A DNA stretch of 64,000 nucleotides, taken from positions 4,526,001 through 4,590,000 of the forward strand of contig CM030333.1 in assembly GCA_017654855.1 (NCBI GenBank), given 5' to 3'. The translations under genes and the position numbers were made by a program. Positions 52,406 to 64,000 of the stretch are shown here, in pieces. Each line of letters starts with the position of its first letter. Position 1 is the first letter of the stretch. The stretch comes from Podospora anserina. Its lineage: Eukaryota. The notes under the pieces are model-generated. The model was not told where the DNA came from. It saw nothing but the letters and a program-made list of their open reading frames with translations, and ran no database searches.

Positions 52406-53603
52406 ATGTCCGTTATTCTATGCACCGGTGAGTTTTCCTCTCATGCTATACGATGTTGCGACCCTTCTGAGAGATCCTATTTCGGTGCTGCTCGCTATTG
52501 ACACGCCTGGCTGACATTGGGGTTCGATAATAGCGGGTTACGACCACACAATACGGTACGACAAGCCGGAATATCGAAATGCAGATTCTCTCGTATCAAG
52601 GGGCTAACACTCTTGCTCAGATTCTGGGAAGCTCTATCAGGCATCTGCTCCCGAACGATCCAACATCCTGATTCGCAGGTCAACCGACTCTGCATCTCAC
52701 CAGACAAGCGCTACCTCGCTGCTGCCGGCCACCACACCGTAAAGCTTTTCGATATCCGATCGACAAACCCTGCGCCACTTCTCGTCTTCGAGGGCCACAC
52801 GGGCAACATCACAGGTGTTGCATTCCACTGCGAGGGAAAATGGATGGTCACGAGCTCTGAGGATGGAACCGTCAAGATCTGGGAGACGAGGACTGGCACA
52901 ATACAGCGCAGCTACAACCATGGATCCCCTGCGAATGACGTCGTAATTCATCCCAACCAGGGTGAAATCATCAGCTGTGACCGCGCTGGCAGCATCCGAC
53001 TGTGGGATCTGGCCGAGAATACCTGCTCGCACCAACTAATCCCAGAGGAAGATGTGTCTGTGACAAGTGTCACCGTGGCAACCGATGGGACCCTTCTCTG
53101 CGCCGCAAACACTGTTGTATGTGGATCTTTCATGTTCTCGTTTGAAGCTCGTGATAATGAGATGTGCTGACCTGCCGTTGAAGGGAAATGTCTTCGTCTG
53201 GCGACTCGAACAGCAGTATGAGCGCACCACTCTTGTACCCCTAACCCAATTCTCAGCACACAGCAGTCACTACATCACCCGCATTCTCCTCTCGCCCGAC
53301 GTCAAGAAATTGGCAACATGCAGCGCGGATCATACCGCAAAGATCTGGGAGGTCAAAGAGATGGAACCCCAGGGTCCAGATAGTGAACCACGACCGTTCC
53401 CTCTCGAAGCCACACTCACTGGCCACCAAAGATGGGTTTGGGACTGTGCCTTCAGCGCCGATAGTGCGTACCTCGTCACTGCATGCAGCGATCATTACGC
53501 TCGCCTTTGGGAGCTTCACAGTCAACAAATCATCAGACAGTACAACGGCCACCATCGTGGCGCCGTCTGCGTGGCCCTCAATGACTACTCGGAGGCCAGA
53601 TAG
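52406..53603 (+). CDS. LST8: TOR complex subunit LST8 (WD40); exons 52406-52427, 52534-52555, 52621-53116, 53184-53603
   Basis: [38 protein letters not shown]...GHQRWVWDCAFSADSAYLVT...GHHRGAVCVALND; 319 aa. Confidence 0.97.
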
Positions 53604-53870
53604 GACGGGCCCTCGGAAGACTATTGCAAGGACGAATCACGCGGAGAACGCCGCAAAAGCAATTCGGGGTCAAGACAGCAAGACCAAGCTCAGAGGCGAC
53701 TCCAGCACCCCAGACAGAAACAACGGACAAAGTCTGGGACGAATTACAAGGCTGCGAGGAAAGCCAAGGATAAGTCGGGACCTTCATCAGCACCACCAAC
53801 AGTACCAACACCCGCGCCCGCTGGGCCACTGGTGACAGTAGAGGAAGCTACAGCTCGGGTTGGTGAGCTT

Positions 53871-53910
53871 GTTGTCACTCCCCAGGAATCGTTGTCACTC
53901 CCCAGGAATC
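53871..53910. repeat. Perfect 20-bp tandem duplication (GTTGTCACTCCCCAGGAATC)x2
   Basis: Directly visible. Confidence 0.97.
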
Positions 53911-54576
53911 CGCTTCTCCCGACGATGCGAGCGACGTGACCCCCATCACCCCCATGGAGAGCAAGAGATCATCATTCGTTGAGGTTATCGAGGGGCAGGT
54001 GAAGCGATCAGTTGCAGGGAGTTTTGGTGAACTGATAATTTGGGGATACAACGACTATGGCTAAGAAGTATCAGCATATGCAGTGATTTTTCTTTCTTCG
54101 CAATCCATCAGAACACGCTCTGTAGGAATATGTACCAACAATAGGGTTGATCAGTTGCGACTGCGTTTTGCAGAGAGGGAAAGGCTGGGGGCTGCATTTG
54201 ATGATAGCGATTGCGAAGAGTTTGGTGCCTACGGGGCAACCGGCAAAATAATTATCTGATTTCTGCAACTAGCAAGTAGCGACCAGTCGAATACATTGTA
54301 ATCCTGGGAACATTTTGCCAAAGATTTTGCGGCTTGCACCTCGCTTTCCCATTATTTGGTTTGTAAACTATCTACAGCACATTCAACAAGCCGCCCATCA
54401 ATCGCAACTCCATTTCTCCTCGCATGCAAACCCAAAACACAACACGAAAAAAACCCCTCCAAGTTTGCTTCCCATGCTTTTTCGATCGCCTCCACCAAAC
54501 ACCTGACCAAAACCGGTCTATATTATAAGTACCCAGTTTTCATATCGTCATACATAGGTCTCTCAAGCAGCGAAAA

Positions 54577-57332
54577 TCACCACCCACCCCAGCCATCGTC
54601 CCCATCATCATCCTTGGGCTTGGTATCGATCTTCTTCTTCACCACAACTGGCTTACTCTTCACCGGCACTGTCGTCTTCTTTGCTGTCGTCGCAGTGGTA
54701 GTTTTACCCAACCCCTTCGGCAAAGCTTTACTCCCCCCCAACACTCCTTCCTTCTTCTTCTCCGCCTGCTGCGCCAACCACCCCGCGAAATCTGGCTCCG
54801 AGCCATCATCAAACGGTTTACTTGACGCCGTTGTCGTTACTGCAGGTTTCTTCTTTGACGATGATGGCTCCGCAAACGGATTGTCGTTTGACTGATTGCT
54901 CGATATCGAGGCAGTCATCTTGTTCGGAGTGGATGTATCATCGTCGTCCATGTCGCCCATATCACCCCACGCGTCAAAGTCGGCACCATCATCGTTGTTG
55001 TCGTCCTCTGGGAAAAACAACTCGCCTGTTGTCGATGGGTTTCGGGTGAGGGGTGCTGATGGAGGAGGGAATTTGACTGCTTGCCGGTGGAGTGGCGAGG
55101 CAGAGGAGTTGGACGTGATGGGAGCTGCTGTTGGTGGGCGCGAGGGAGGAGCAGACGAGGAAGCTGGGACAGAGGATGCCCCGTTGGAAGAAGTAATATC
55201 CCCTGCTGCAGCGGAGAGCTTGTTTGTAAAAGACGAAATGGCCCAGCCTGCCCAGCCGGCTGCTGCCTCTGCTTGGGGTGTGCCCATCCTGGGGTTCCCA
55301 GAGATCGCGCTTTCTGGTGGTAGAGCTGTCTCGGGCATGCTTTCGACTGCCTTCTTGATCCTTTGGACGTACACGTCCAGTGTCTTGACTGCTTGGTCTC
55401 GAATAAGCTTCTCCTTGTCGATGAGCGACGGGCAGATGGCTGGAAGCACGCGAGTCGCGCAGTCTTCGTCGGAGAAGTGCTCCGATGTGACAGACAGAGC
55501 CATCAGGGCAGCGTTTCGAGCATGAATGAATGGATCGCGAAGTGAGCGACTAAAGGCCGCTATGAGAACCTTGGAACGGGAAGAAGTCCCCAGATGCTTG
55601 GCAATTTTCCCAAGACAAATCGTAGTATTTGTGCGAATACCGGGCTGCTCGTCATTGGCTGTTTTGGCCAAGTACTTTAGCAATTCGCCGTTGATAGTTC
55701 TGTCGGAAAGTTTGGTGATGATTGTGAGGACAGACTTGAGTGTCTGTTCTCTGACAACTGGTGCTACATCTGTGAACCCCGTAACCTAGACTACGTCAAC
55801 ACCTGTTACCGCACCACTAGTTATGACTCTTAACTTACTATTTGTGGAAAGATCTTGTCATTGACTGTTTTTTGCGAGAGCCTGTCAATCATGAGGGGCA
55901 AATTGTCAAGTAAGCACACCCTGATAGCTCTGTCAGGGTTCCCAAATAGTCGAAGAAGCACGGGAAGGACCTTGGCGTCAAAATCCTCATTCGATAACTT
56001 CGTGGCGATTTTCATGACGAGTCCGAAGGCTTTGGGACCGCCGCCTCCGAATTCCACTGATTTCAATAGCTCTGGCAAGACTTTCATTTTGAAAAAGTCC
56101 TCCGGAAAATCATCGGTGAGCTGATCGAGATCACTGCATCGAGTCAGCAAACGCTCGTTTTATGACTTGAAAAAATCAAACACTTACTCAAGAAACACTT
56201 CTCTTTCCTCCTCCGTCTTCACCCCGAGATTTTCAACTCCCTCGGTTAGTTTGATTAGAGGCGTGTCGAAGAACGACCCATTTCGACGGCCTTGTTCAAG
56301 GAAGTGAGCCACTGTGAGTCTGGCCTTGGGATTTGGGTTGGCGAGACGCTTATAGCTTGGGTGAAGACTGGGCGGTATATTCTTCGTCTGCCCAGCCTGG
56401 TCACTGCTGAAACTGCCATTGAAAATCTCGAAGATCAGCGCACCGAAGTCGTACGCATCTACAGCAGAGTGAGGACTGCGCTTGATCGCATCCCATCCCG
56501 ATTTTGCTAGCTCAGGCGGTGTATACCGTCCTGAGTCTGGGACAAGACTGCCATATGTCTACATTCATGTCAGTTAGTCGGTCGCACATTGGAGAGGAAG
56601 CTCCAACCTACATAGATCACAGCCTCGTCATCTTTAACATTACTCAAAACCTCAAAACCACCAAGCTTCCACTCGCCACTTTCTGTTGTGTAAACAGAAG
56701 CGACCTTCAAGTTGCCATGGACTGACGAGGCCTCATCATTGATGAATTTGACGGTTCGCTGGGTCATTATCAGCATTACAAAACCCTGGATAGAGACATC
56801 ACACAGTCGAATGAAACTAACCGCGATGCTGTAAAGACCCCATTTCGCCGTCTCAGGACTTAGACTCTTTCGTTTAACGTGCCACCGCAGAGGTACTAGG
56901 CGTTCCGTTGCGATGTATATATACGTCTCTGACTTTTTCAAACATTTCAGTATGAAGCAGTATCCGGGTTGTCGCGTAAGCTCGTACCTCGACCGCATCC
57001 AGCACCTTTATTACACCCGGGTGTCGTAGTGTTCGGAGCTTCTTCAGCGCATTTCTGGCGAGAGGGAGGGCGGATCGATTCGCGGCGATTTCGAATGAGA
57101 AGATACTGCAATCGGAACCATCTTCCTACTCCATAAATATAGTCAGCTAAGGTGTGTTCTGCGGGTTTGTGCATACGGTAGAGAAAAGTTGGGTTGCGAA
57201 GCTTACCCGCCGAGTGCCATTGTACAGAGTCCATATAGAGGGGTCAAGGTCGACTTTATCGCCAAAATTATAGGGGAATGGCGGTCCCTTCGCTGCCATC
57301 GCCGAAGCGACGGCGGATTTGAGAAAGTCCAT
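54577..57332 (-). CDS. CEX1: SCYL1/Cex1-like pseudokinase with HEAT repeats; exons 57332-57207, 57125-56988, 56932-56822, 56758-56612, 56558-56188, 56133-55839, 55785-54577
   Basis: LRTLRHPGVIKVLD, IYIATERLVPL, SVHGNLKVASVY..ESGEWKLGGFE, DEQPGIRTNTTICLGKI, and a C-terminal GWGGW. Confidence 0.9.
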
Positions 57333-58472
57333 GCAGTTCTTCTGTATTCGGTGCAACGATTATTGCGATCGATTTCTTGGAGTATTGGAGGCTTGACAGA
57401 GATATCGCAGCTCGGGCATGGTGTAGTTGCTGAACAGCTGTCGGAAAAGGGGACTCCCTTCTGCGTAATCGCAAACCGCAATCTGTTATCGCGGGCGCTC
57501 TGCTGCCTTGCCAATGTGCGCTAACCCTAATACAGCAGGCGGAGTCGAAGCTTGTTACAGTTCTGCCGGGACCCGTTGCGCACGGGCCCTCATAACTCCG
57601 TCTACTAGGCTGCTGACTGCTGTTTCTTCGACAATTCCAATTCAACCTTCCCCACGTTTTCATTCCTCAATCCAAACTGGCCTCGCATCTGAGCTCATTT
57701 CAGCTCTGTCCTGCCCCGACTTTATTGGTTCAGCTTGCCATCCCTATTTTCCATGGCACATGGTGTCGTGACTTGGATTGCTGAGGGCTGTGGTCGCCGG
57801 TCGGACGTAGAGGAACCACGAAGTCGCACTCAGACCTAAGCGGAGTGGGAGCAAGATACAGGTAGCCAAAAAGAAAGCGACAGGACGGGAGTGTCAGTCA
57901 ACAAGCCTACCTATTTCCGCACTTGTCTTTCAGGTAAGCTTCACTTTCATTTCCACCTCTCTCTTCACCTCTTTTACGTGTCAATGATGAGCAATTGGTA
58001 AAAGGTTTGATAGCCGCGTGTGCTCTTCTGGTATTATGGTTCTGGGTGACGGGGCCTTGCGCCTTGGCGCGTCTGTTGCCATGCTACTTCCTCCGCGCTA
58101 CCTAGAGATTGTTGGCAATGTGCGGTTCGCATGGTGGCAGGAACATCGATGCTGGAGACCATGATTTTCAGCACCACCGCTACACGGAGTCTCGACTTCA
58201 CTCATCTCTACGAACAAGGGGCCAAAGGCTGTGGTGGACATCTGGCGGATGAAGTTCTCCGAACCTTGTCTGCCCTACCTCGTCGCCCAACATGGACCAT
58301 AAAACCGCTGAGCTGGCTGTATGATGACCAAACATAAACTGAAAAGACCTGAGGCACATGTCTTGTTTGATTTCTGGACCTCCCTGAAATCGTAGATAGT
58401 CTTTTTCTTGTATTGGCGCTAATCATCTCACATAGGTCATACTTAGGTCGACATCACGAACAAGCAGGACCC

Positions 58473-60926
58473 ATGCCGCGGTGCAGGCGTTGCAAATTAG
58501 AAGCAACGCCCGACAAGGCTTTGTTTCGTTGTAGACTTTGCACTAGATGTTATCATTCTGCCTGTCATAGGCCACTACCGAAAGACCCAAGGTATGTTTT
58601 GCATCTTTATCTCCAAGCTTCCATCATTCCCCGGCATCTTGACAGCCTGCCACCTATTCGATACAACGCATAGCTAGCCGTCCTAGATGGTAACCAAACC
58701 CTCGCTCCTGGTTGGCTGTCCTCTCCAACCCGCCCCCCCCATGTTATATGGAGTAGTGCCCCACTGATAGCCTATTTTCCCGCGCCGCACAACTCACTCT
58801 ATTGTTGTTTTACGTTCTCAATCTTTGCCATAGCCCATCCTATCTCTCAGCATGCTCACCTCACTCCTAACCTCCAACCCCATTGACTAACCACGCTCTC
58901 GGATAGTAATTGGGTCTGCAAAAACTGCAGTGGCCCGCCAGAGACCAAGAAACGCCAGTACTATGAGAAGTCGGCATTGGCACCCTCATCGTCTGCGCGG
59001 ACCGTTTTGCGAGTCTCGGCCTCGACAGCCTCCCATGAAGAGGGCTCACGAGAGGCCACCGCCGCCATGTCTGATTCACAGTCGTCTGCGCCCCGCCGTC
59101 CTCTTGTAAGTGAACGCGATGGGCCGAGTGACGTGGACAGTTGCCCATGGCCAGAATGCAATGCTCAAATCAATGTGAAGGAAGAGCCCATGTGCCCTGA
59201 GCACCTTCGACTTTTGAAAGGAAATAGCCGCCCTCGAGCGCCTGCCGCGCCCACGTCACTTCCCAGCGTGACCGCCAATTTGGCTCCGTCGTCAAAGCCA
59301 AACCCGAAAAAGACGCTGGAACGACCAGCTACGCTTATGCGTAAAACAGCCTCCTCCGGCTTTCCCCACTCCGACTCCAAGCACGGCACACCACCATTCC
59401 CCCCGCCAAAGACCAAAGGGAGCTCGTCCTCTCTACCTCCAGAGCAGAGGCCAGTGATCAACGCGATGGCTTCGACGACAGTGGCCTCTGCTCGGTCCCA
59501 ACTTCCACCGGCGCCAGCCCGCGCCTATACCGCGCCCATAAGCCCTACTTTGTTGAAAGATATGGAGCCTCCAAAAAAGCGACAAAAGATTTCCCCAATC
59601 CTGTCGCAGTCAAATGAGTCTAGGCTCAACGGGGCAGGTGCGTCTGCAGACTCGCTCTCTGCTCCGGATTCCCCAGAAAAGCGGCCAGAAAAGGAGCGGA
59701 GGACGGGTCTGAAGCACAGTAAGCCGAGTGCGAAAGAACCTGTCCGAAAAATGGCGCCTATGAGGGCCCTTAAGTTCGCCGACGAGCCAGATAATGACCT
59801 TGCACGCCCATCTGTCAGTGGGACTACGGCAACGTCACCAATCAATGGCTCAGCGGAGGTTCTTTCCCAGCGGAATCCTCCCTCTAGATCGGTCTCCTTG
59901 AATTTGGATCAAGGGGGTCACATTGACCGAAGGGAGATTGACTCTATTCTCCCCCCTCATCCTAGCAAACCCACTTTGACATCTCGTCACGAGTCGCTGG
60001 AGATATTTGCCACTACGTCCAGTGTCGGGCCCAGTTCTCATCAACCGAGGACGGACTACTTTTCCCTGGAGAAGAGGCCCTCAACAAGTAAGCGTGACGA
60101 TTCTTCAGAGTCCCCTCCAATACCTCCTACAGAGACAAACCACTCTACAGGAAACAGCGTAAGCACTCCACCGAGGGTGAAAAAAACCAAGAAACTCGTC
60201 ATCACTACCAAGGCGCGACCGCCAGCCAAGGCGACTCGTCCGGTCACCCCAACAGATCTAGACTACTTCATATACTCTCAGCCAGGGGCATCCACCCCAC
60301 CTCCAGGCTTGGAGATTCCAGGCCTCAACAAACCCCCTCCGACCTCGCCGTCTGCTGTCTCATCGACAGTCTCGCAGCAGCCACCAAAGGCAAAACCAGT
60401 AGAAGATGAGCCTCTCGCTCTGGACATCGATCCCAGAATACACTACCCGCGAGCTCATTCTCTAGCATGGCACGCGATGAAGGCCCAGGAGATCGAAGCT
60501 CGGGGGACGAGAAAGCAGCGGTTTGGCAAGGCGGCACAAAGTCTGAAAAAGCAGATGGAAGCGCAGGCTGAGTTGAATATACCTTGGGAGGAGACCTTAC
60601 CTGATATTATTCAGGAAAACCCGGCTTGGGTGGGGGCGTTGAAGAGCCTGAGGGGCATAATGCCTACACCGGCAGTGGAAGCTGAGGGTGGAGGAGACCC
60701 GATGGATCTCTGCACGAATGAGGCGATTGCAAAATTTGCGAATGGGAGTGGGACGAGTGGTCCTGTGGTCAATGGAGTGGAGAGAAAGATACGAAAGATG
60801 AAGAGGACGGGGAGCGGGCTGAGCGTTGTGAGTCGAGATGGGGTTTTGAGTTTTGGGGACCGGAACGGGCAAGGGAGCGGAAGTGTAAATGGGAGCTTTG
60901 AGCTGAGCGAGTATGGTATGAACTGA
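58473..60926 (+). CDS. PHD-finger protein with long low-complexity region; exons 58473-58591, 58907-60926
   Basis: Splicing completes the PHD pattern CRRC...LFRCRLCTRCYHSACHRP...NWVCKNC, in frame with the 649-aa ORF. Confidence 0.8.
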
Positions 60927-62345
60927 CTGAGAGAAAACACGATTCGTGTATAAGGTTATTGGGCTGAGTTATCGGCGGGCTGCTGTACAAAGCTTGGTGT
61001 CGGGGAGGGAGGGACTCGGAGGGGACCAGAAAAGGAGTTGTAAGCATGTTTGGCATCACATTCACAGGCGAGAGGAGTGGCTGACGCGGTGTTTTCTCTA
61101 CACAGTATACATTTTTTTGTCGTCGAGGGAAGTCTAGCAAGACATGGGCTATTCTTATAGGAGTACGGGGGGGTGGTTTTCTATTTCTACGGTTTCGTCA
61201 AAGCATAGCTGCATTGGAGGGGCGTCTAGTTAATTGAGTTTATCTTGTTTTTATGTAGTTCTGTGGGTGATTTGGGAAGATAGCGTACATGGCTGAGAGG
61301 AGCATAGCGACTGCATTGCAGTGGAGCAGGTATAGGTGATAAGACACGAGATAGTCAAATCGATATGGGTGAGGGGAGAGGCTGAGCTGAGAGCTAGGTG
61401 CCTGCAATAGTCTTATCGCGACTACATGCGACTCTCTCCCAGCTCCATAGAACAAGACTATGATTTCCCAGGCGTAAAAATAGCAATAGAATGGTCTCGC
61501 ACCGACCAACTAGCGCTCACCGAATTGAAATTTATCTAGCATAGCTCTCGAAGTTGCACAGTGTGGACGCACAGAATGGAGCGAGCCATCGGTCTTGTAG
61601 GACACACGCACACTGTGCCGTAAGAAACAACTAGTCCCAATGACCTACATAGGTAAATTATGCTTGACAACGACCACCGACAGTACAATACAAAATATCA
61701 TTTCTCCTGCTTGTAGGTTAGGATATCCCCCGCCCCTCTCCCCAACGTCTATAACAAGGCTGCAACAACGCACCTCATTTCCCGCCGGAAGTTTGTACCG
61801 CGACACCAACGACTAGAACTGACACCCGACTAAAAAAGCCCTCTACTTTCAGTGAGCTTTCCAAATGAGAGAGCATTGGAGCAACAGCCCGACAGTTAGT
61901 CAAACTTGTAAAACCCTAGATACATAGCTCTCGACAGCCGACCAACCGTCACCAATCTAACCGGCTGTATATCGGTCACACAGAGAACAACTACCAAAAA
62001 AAAAGATGCGACCCAACACACAAGCAAACGCAAGCAAACCTTTCGATATGTTCTTTCATTTCCATCTACAATGAGAACTTGGTATTATGTACAAAACAAA
62101 AAAAAAACATCGAAAAAACCACAAACTTTATCAATCTCAAATTCCAGACCGTATATATCCATCCGCACACGCCTCCAATTTTCTGATGCCAACCAGCCAG
62201 AGAGCCCCCTCACCAAACCGAATTTTTAGTTGACCCCCAGGTAGCCACCATGCAAAACAAACAAAAGGAAATGAATATCTCGTAAACTCGCTCGCTTGCT
62301 TTCGTATAATGCACACCCACCCCCCTCTTAGACACCACCTCCCGT

Positions 62346-64000
62346 CTAAACAGAAGCACTCTTACTCAATAGATTCAACGCGCTCCCCGCCAAAATAAAC
62401 CCAGCCTGGTCCTTGCTAACCTGGTGCTTGACAGGGACCAAAAACTCCTCACCAGTACCCTTCTTGGTAACCTTGAGCTGGACCTCGCCTTGTCCACCAT
62501 TCTGGAGCATGTCATACAAGCCCACAGTAGCAACCTCGTCACCGGCAGCAATCTTATCATAATCCTGCTCGTTGGCTAGCGTCAGGGGGACAACACCCTG
62601 CTTCTTGAGGTTGGTTTCGTGAATGCGGGCGAATGACTTGCACGCGATGATCCTGGCGCCGAGGTAGCGGGGCTGCAGAGCGGCGTGCTCGCGGGCGGAA
62701 CCCTCGCCGTAGTTGTGCTCGGCGACCACGAGCCAGGGCTGGTTGCGCTCCTTCCAGAGGTTGGCCAGCTCGGGGATGGTGTGCTTGGATCCATCGAGAT
62801 CGTAGGCGACGTTGACCTCGCCCGTCTCAGCGTTGACGGCCGTGTTGAGGGTGTTGGCCGAGATGTTGGGGAGGTGGCCTTTGTACTTGAGCCAGGGGCC
62901 GGCGGCGGAGATGGTGTCGGTTGTGCACTTGCCCGATACCTTGACCAAGACCTTGAGGCCGGAAAGGTCAGAGTTGGGGAAGGGCTCAAAGGGCTCGAGA
63001 AGGGCAAGACGCTCCGAGGTGGGAGAGATGGCGACCTTTTCGTTGGGGTTGGGGGGCTGGGAGGCGACCTTAAAGACGTCCTTGCCAATGTCGAAGGGAG
63101 TCTTGGGTCCCTCGAGACCGTGGGGAGCAGGGAACTTGAACTCCTTGCCATCGGGGGTGGTAAGGGAGTCGGTTACGGGGTTGAAGGTGGTGGAACCGGC
63201 GTAGGCCATGGCGGTAACGATCTCGGGCGAGGCGAGGAAGTTCATGGTGTCTAGGTTACCGTCGTTACGGCCGCGGAAGTTGCGGTTGTAAGAGGTGAGA
63301 ATGGCGTTGACTGTGCCCTTCTCGACACCATCCTGGCGCTTCCACTGACCAATGCAGGGACCGCAGGCGTTGGACAGCACAATGCCGCCGGCCTTTTCGA
63401 AGGTCTGAAGGGTGCCGTCTCTCTCGAGGGTGGCACGAATCTGCTCACTGCCAGGAGTGACGTAGAAATCAGCCTTGGGCTTCAGTCCAGCCTCCTCAGC
63501 AGCCCTCACAATGCTTTCGACACGGGTCATGTCCTCATACGAGCTGTTGGTGCAGCTACCAATGAGACCGGCCGAAAGCTTCTCGGGCCACTTCTGCTCC
63601 TGAACTGTGCTCTTGAATTGGGACAGGGGAGTGGAAAGATCGGGAGTATGGGGACCGTTAATATGGGGCTCGAGCTTGGACAGGTCGATTTCGATGAGTT
63701 CGTCGTATTGCGCACCCTCGTCGGCCTTGAACCTGAAGTACGCATCCTCAGAGGCGCCCGCGCCAGGGAAGTTCTGGAAAGCGGCAGCATTCCTGACAGC
63801 CTGCTCTCTGCGAGTAGCCTCGAGGTATCTGGCTGAGGCCTCGGTGTAGGGGAAGATGGAGGTGGTGGCACCAATCTCAGCGCCCATGTTGCAAATGGTA
63901 GCCATACCAGTGCAGCTCAGTGTCTCAACACCAGGACCCGAGTACTCGACAATGTAACCAGTACCGCCACGGACTGTCAAGAGGCCAGCCAGGTGCAGGA
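62346..64000 (-). CDS. ACO2: Mitochondrial aconitase, Aco2/AcoB type (5' part lies outside the window)
   Basis: LIGSCTNSSYED, NACGPCIGQW, TSYNRNF.GRNDGN, CTTDTISAAGPWLKYKGHL, NYGEGSAREHAAL. The TMNFLASPEIVTAM segment resembles Aco2 rather than Aco1. Confidence 0.9.
   Translation of the reverse strand, partial: LHLAGLLTVRGGTGYIVEYSGPGVETLSCTGMATICNMGAEIGATTSIFPYTEASARYLEATRREQAVRNAAAFQNFPGAGASEDAYFRFKADEGAQYDELIEIDLSKLEPHINGPHTPDLSTPLSQFKSTVQEQKWPEKLSAGLIGSCTNSSYEDMTRVESIVRAAEEAGLKPKADFYVTPGSEQIRATLERDGTLQTFEKAGGIVLSNACGPCIGQWKRQDGVEKGTVNAILTSYNRNFRGRNDGNLDTMNFLASPEIVTAMAYAGSTTFNPVTDSLTTPDGKEFKFPAPHGLEGPKTPFDIGKDVFKVASQPPNPNEKVAISPTSERLALLEPFEPFPNSDLSGLKVLVKVSGKCTTDTISAAGPWLKYKGHLPNISANTLNTAVNAETGEVNVAYDLDGSKHTIPELANLWKERNQPWLVVAEHNYGEGSAREHAALQPRYLGARIIACKSFARIHETNLKKQGVVPLTLANEQDYDKIAAGDEVATVGLYDMLQNGGQGEVQLKVTKKGTGEEFLVPVKHQVSKDQAGFILAGSALNLLSKSASV

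Noticed and set aside
57521-57530. CTAACCCTAA as a possible telomerase RNA template
   Set aside because: It lies ~190 bp upstream of CEX1 in a ~1.1-kb divergent interval, too small for a ~2-kb filamentous-fungal telomerase RNA. I recognised no pseudoknot or CR4/5. More likely a telobox promoter motif or chance.
58321-58387. Possible C/D snoRNA (ATGATGA ... CTGA) in the PHD gene leader intron
   Set aside because: Only ~9 nt of possible rRNA complementarity (TCTGGACCT) and no clear terminal stem.

Overview
Eukaryotic, intron-rich chromosomal DNA from a filamentous ascomycete. Gene structure and composition suggest Sordariales, Podospora-like (inference). I can model about 20 protein-coding genes from splice signals plus conserved protein motifs: an FCP1/NIF-type HAD phosphatase, eEF1B-gamma, mitochondrial uS9, a conserved unknown protein, calcineurin B, EPL1, KAE1, SNF1 beta subunit, SPT4, AP-1 gamma-adaptin, calmodulin, TLG2, COX7, clathrin light chain, RTT103, a small mitochondrial membrane protein, LST8, CEX1/SCYL1-like, a PHD-finger protein and a partial Aco2-type aconitase. 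Non-coding elements: an snR38-like C/D snoRNA in an eEF1B-gamma intron, and a nested transposon (a DD34E Tc1 element inserted into the terminal inverted repeat (TIR) of a Mutator-like MITE) just upstream of COX7. Most interesting signal: three genes (FCP1-like, LST8, uS9m) end in a TAG in the WUAGNR context favoured by Sordariomycete sexual-stage A-to-I editing and are followed by long in-frame extensions, so they may encode hidden stop-loss isoforms. Also notable are a ~1.35-kb AUG-free leader, several GC-AG and AAG-acceptor introns, and two small spliced genes absent in complete form from the ORF track. Exon models were derived by hand; no database searches were run.
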